Assembly (NCBI GenBank): GCA_018238155.1
Contig: JABCTZ010000019.1
Span: 6,832 to 30,831, forward strand
Reading direction: 5' to 3'
From: Candidatus Heimdallarchaeota archaeon
GTDB lineage: Archaea > Asgardarchaeota > Heimdallarchaeia > JABLTI01
Length of the DNA stretch: 24,000 nucleotides
A model generated the notes under the pieces. That model saw only the letters and a list, made by a program, of their open reading frames with translations, ran no database searches and was not told the DNA's origin. Both the position numbers and the translations under genes were made by a program. Of the stretch, positions 23,588 through 24,000 are shown one piece after another. How positions within the stretch are numbered: the stretch's first letter is position 1; the number at the start of each line of letters is the position of its first letter.

Positions 23588-24000
23588 ATGGATGGAAAAA
23601 TTACTATGGTATTTGGAAAATTCGCTCGCTGGTTAGGCGGCGGTAAATCTACTCGAGATTATATTATTGATTTGAAAATGGTAAATAAACGACTATCCCG
23701 AACTTCAAGAAAACTTGAAAATGACGAAGCAAAGATTCAACGAAAAACACGTGAAGCGATGCGTAAGGGATTAATGGATCAAGCACGACTTTATGCATCC
23801 AATGTAGCTAGAAATCGTAAATGGGTTTACAGTTACACTCGCTTAACAACCCGAATTGAAGGAATAATTTTCAGATTAGAACAAGCAGATTCTGTTCAAC
23901 AACTCGCAGGTGAACTGAAAGGAATGGCAGGAGCTCTTCGTGAAGTAAATGCAACATTAAATGCACCTGAAATTTCTTCTTTGATTAGTGATTTGGAGAA
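23588..24000 (+). CDS. ESCRT-III / Snf7-family protein (5' part; runs off the window)
   Basis: Hand translation from ATG 23588: MDGKITMVFGKFARWLGGGKSTRDYIIDLKMVNKRLSRTSRKLENDEAKIQRKTREAMRKGLMDQARLYASNVARNRKWVYSYTRLTTRIEGIIFRLEQADSVQQLAGELKGMAGALREVNATLNAPEISSLISDLE. This is the typical Snf7 helical-hairpin pattern: a basic alpha1, then kkG..d.Ar.yA...ir.rk. Absent from the ORF track because there is no stop in the window. Confidence 0.8.
   Translation, partial: MDGKITMVFGKFARWLGGGKSTRDYIIDLKMVNKRLSRTSRKLENDEAKIQRKTREAMRKGLMDQARLYASNVARNRKWVYSYTRLTTRIEGIIFRLEQADSVQQLAGELKGMAGALREVNATLNAPEISSLISDLE

Noticed and set aside
1-24000. A CRISPR array to go with the Cas1-like, Cas4-like and RAMP-like genes
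   Set aside because: I scanned all the non-coding stretches (2416-2824, 7156-7688, 9264-9341, 10540-10890, 12636-12941, 14259-14507, 15822-16360, 23325-23587). None showed regularly spaced 24-40-nt repeats. An eye scan can miss degenerate arrays, so CRISPR-detection software should confirm this.

Overview
AT-rich archaeal window, probably from an Asgard (Lokiarchaeia-like) genome. That placement is an inference from four things: a Snf7/ESCRT-III gene running off the right edge, a tRNA with bulge-helix-bulge introns, a family-B DNA polymerase, and sequon-rich beta-helix surface proteins. Many ORFs need TTG or GTG starts. Everything was read by eye; no searches or computations were run.

Layout:
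(1) 1-2.4 kb: alpha/beta hydrolase and two membrane proteins.
(2) About 2.4-12.7 kb: an accessory island ending at the 3' end of a two-intron tRNA-Asp. It holds a tight 4-gene minus-strand operon: wHTH protein, then a large wHTH + Cys-rich + Cas1-like protein, then a wHTH protein, then a Cas4-like Fe-S nuclease. It also holds a free-standing LAGLIDADG-XRE fusion, a divergent DUF4258 / double-YgiT zinc-finger pair, a small AbrB-type protein below the ORF-track size cutoff, and an overlapping pair of RAMP-like genes (Cas7-like, plus a RAMP-like N-terminus with a possible HD C-terminus).
(3) 12.9-17.7 kb: three tandem paralogous membrane-anchored parallel beta-helix proteins.
(4) 17.8-18.3 kb: a truncated, frameshifted propeller-gene remnant.
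(5) 18.3-24 kb: housekeeping genes. These are PolB with a canonical N-terminal PIP box plus a C-terminal PIP-like tail, PPAT, a duplicated membrane protein, and the ESCRT-III 5' part.

The most interesting signal is a set of CRISPR-Cas-related proteins (Cas1-like, Cas4-like, two RAMP-like) with no CRISPR array, no Cas2 and no large subunit visible in the window. This is a candidate Cas1-solo mobile element or a CRISPR-derived, array-independent system.
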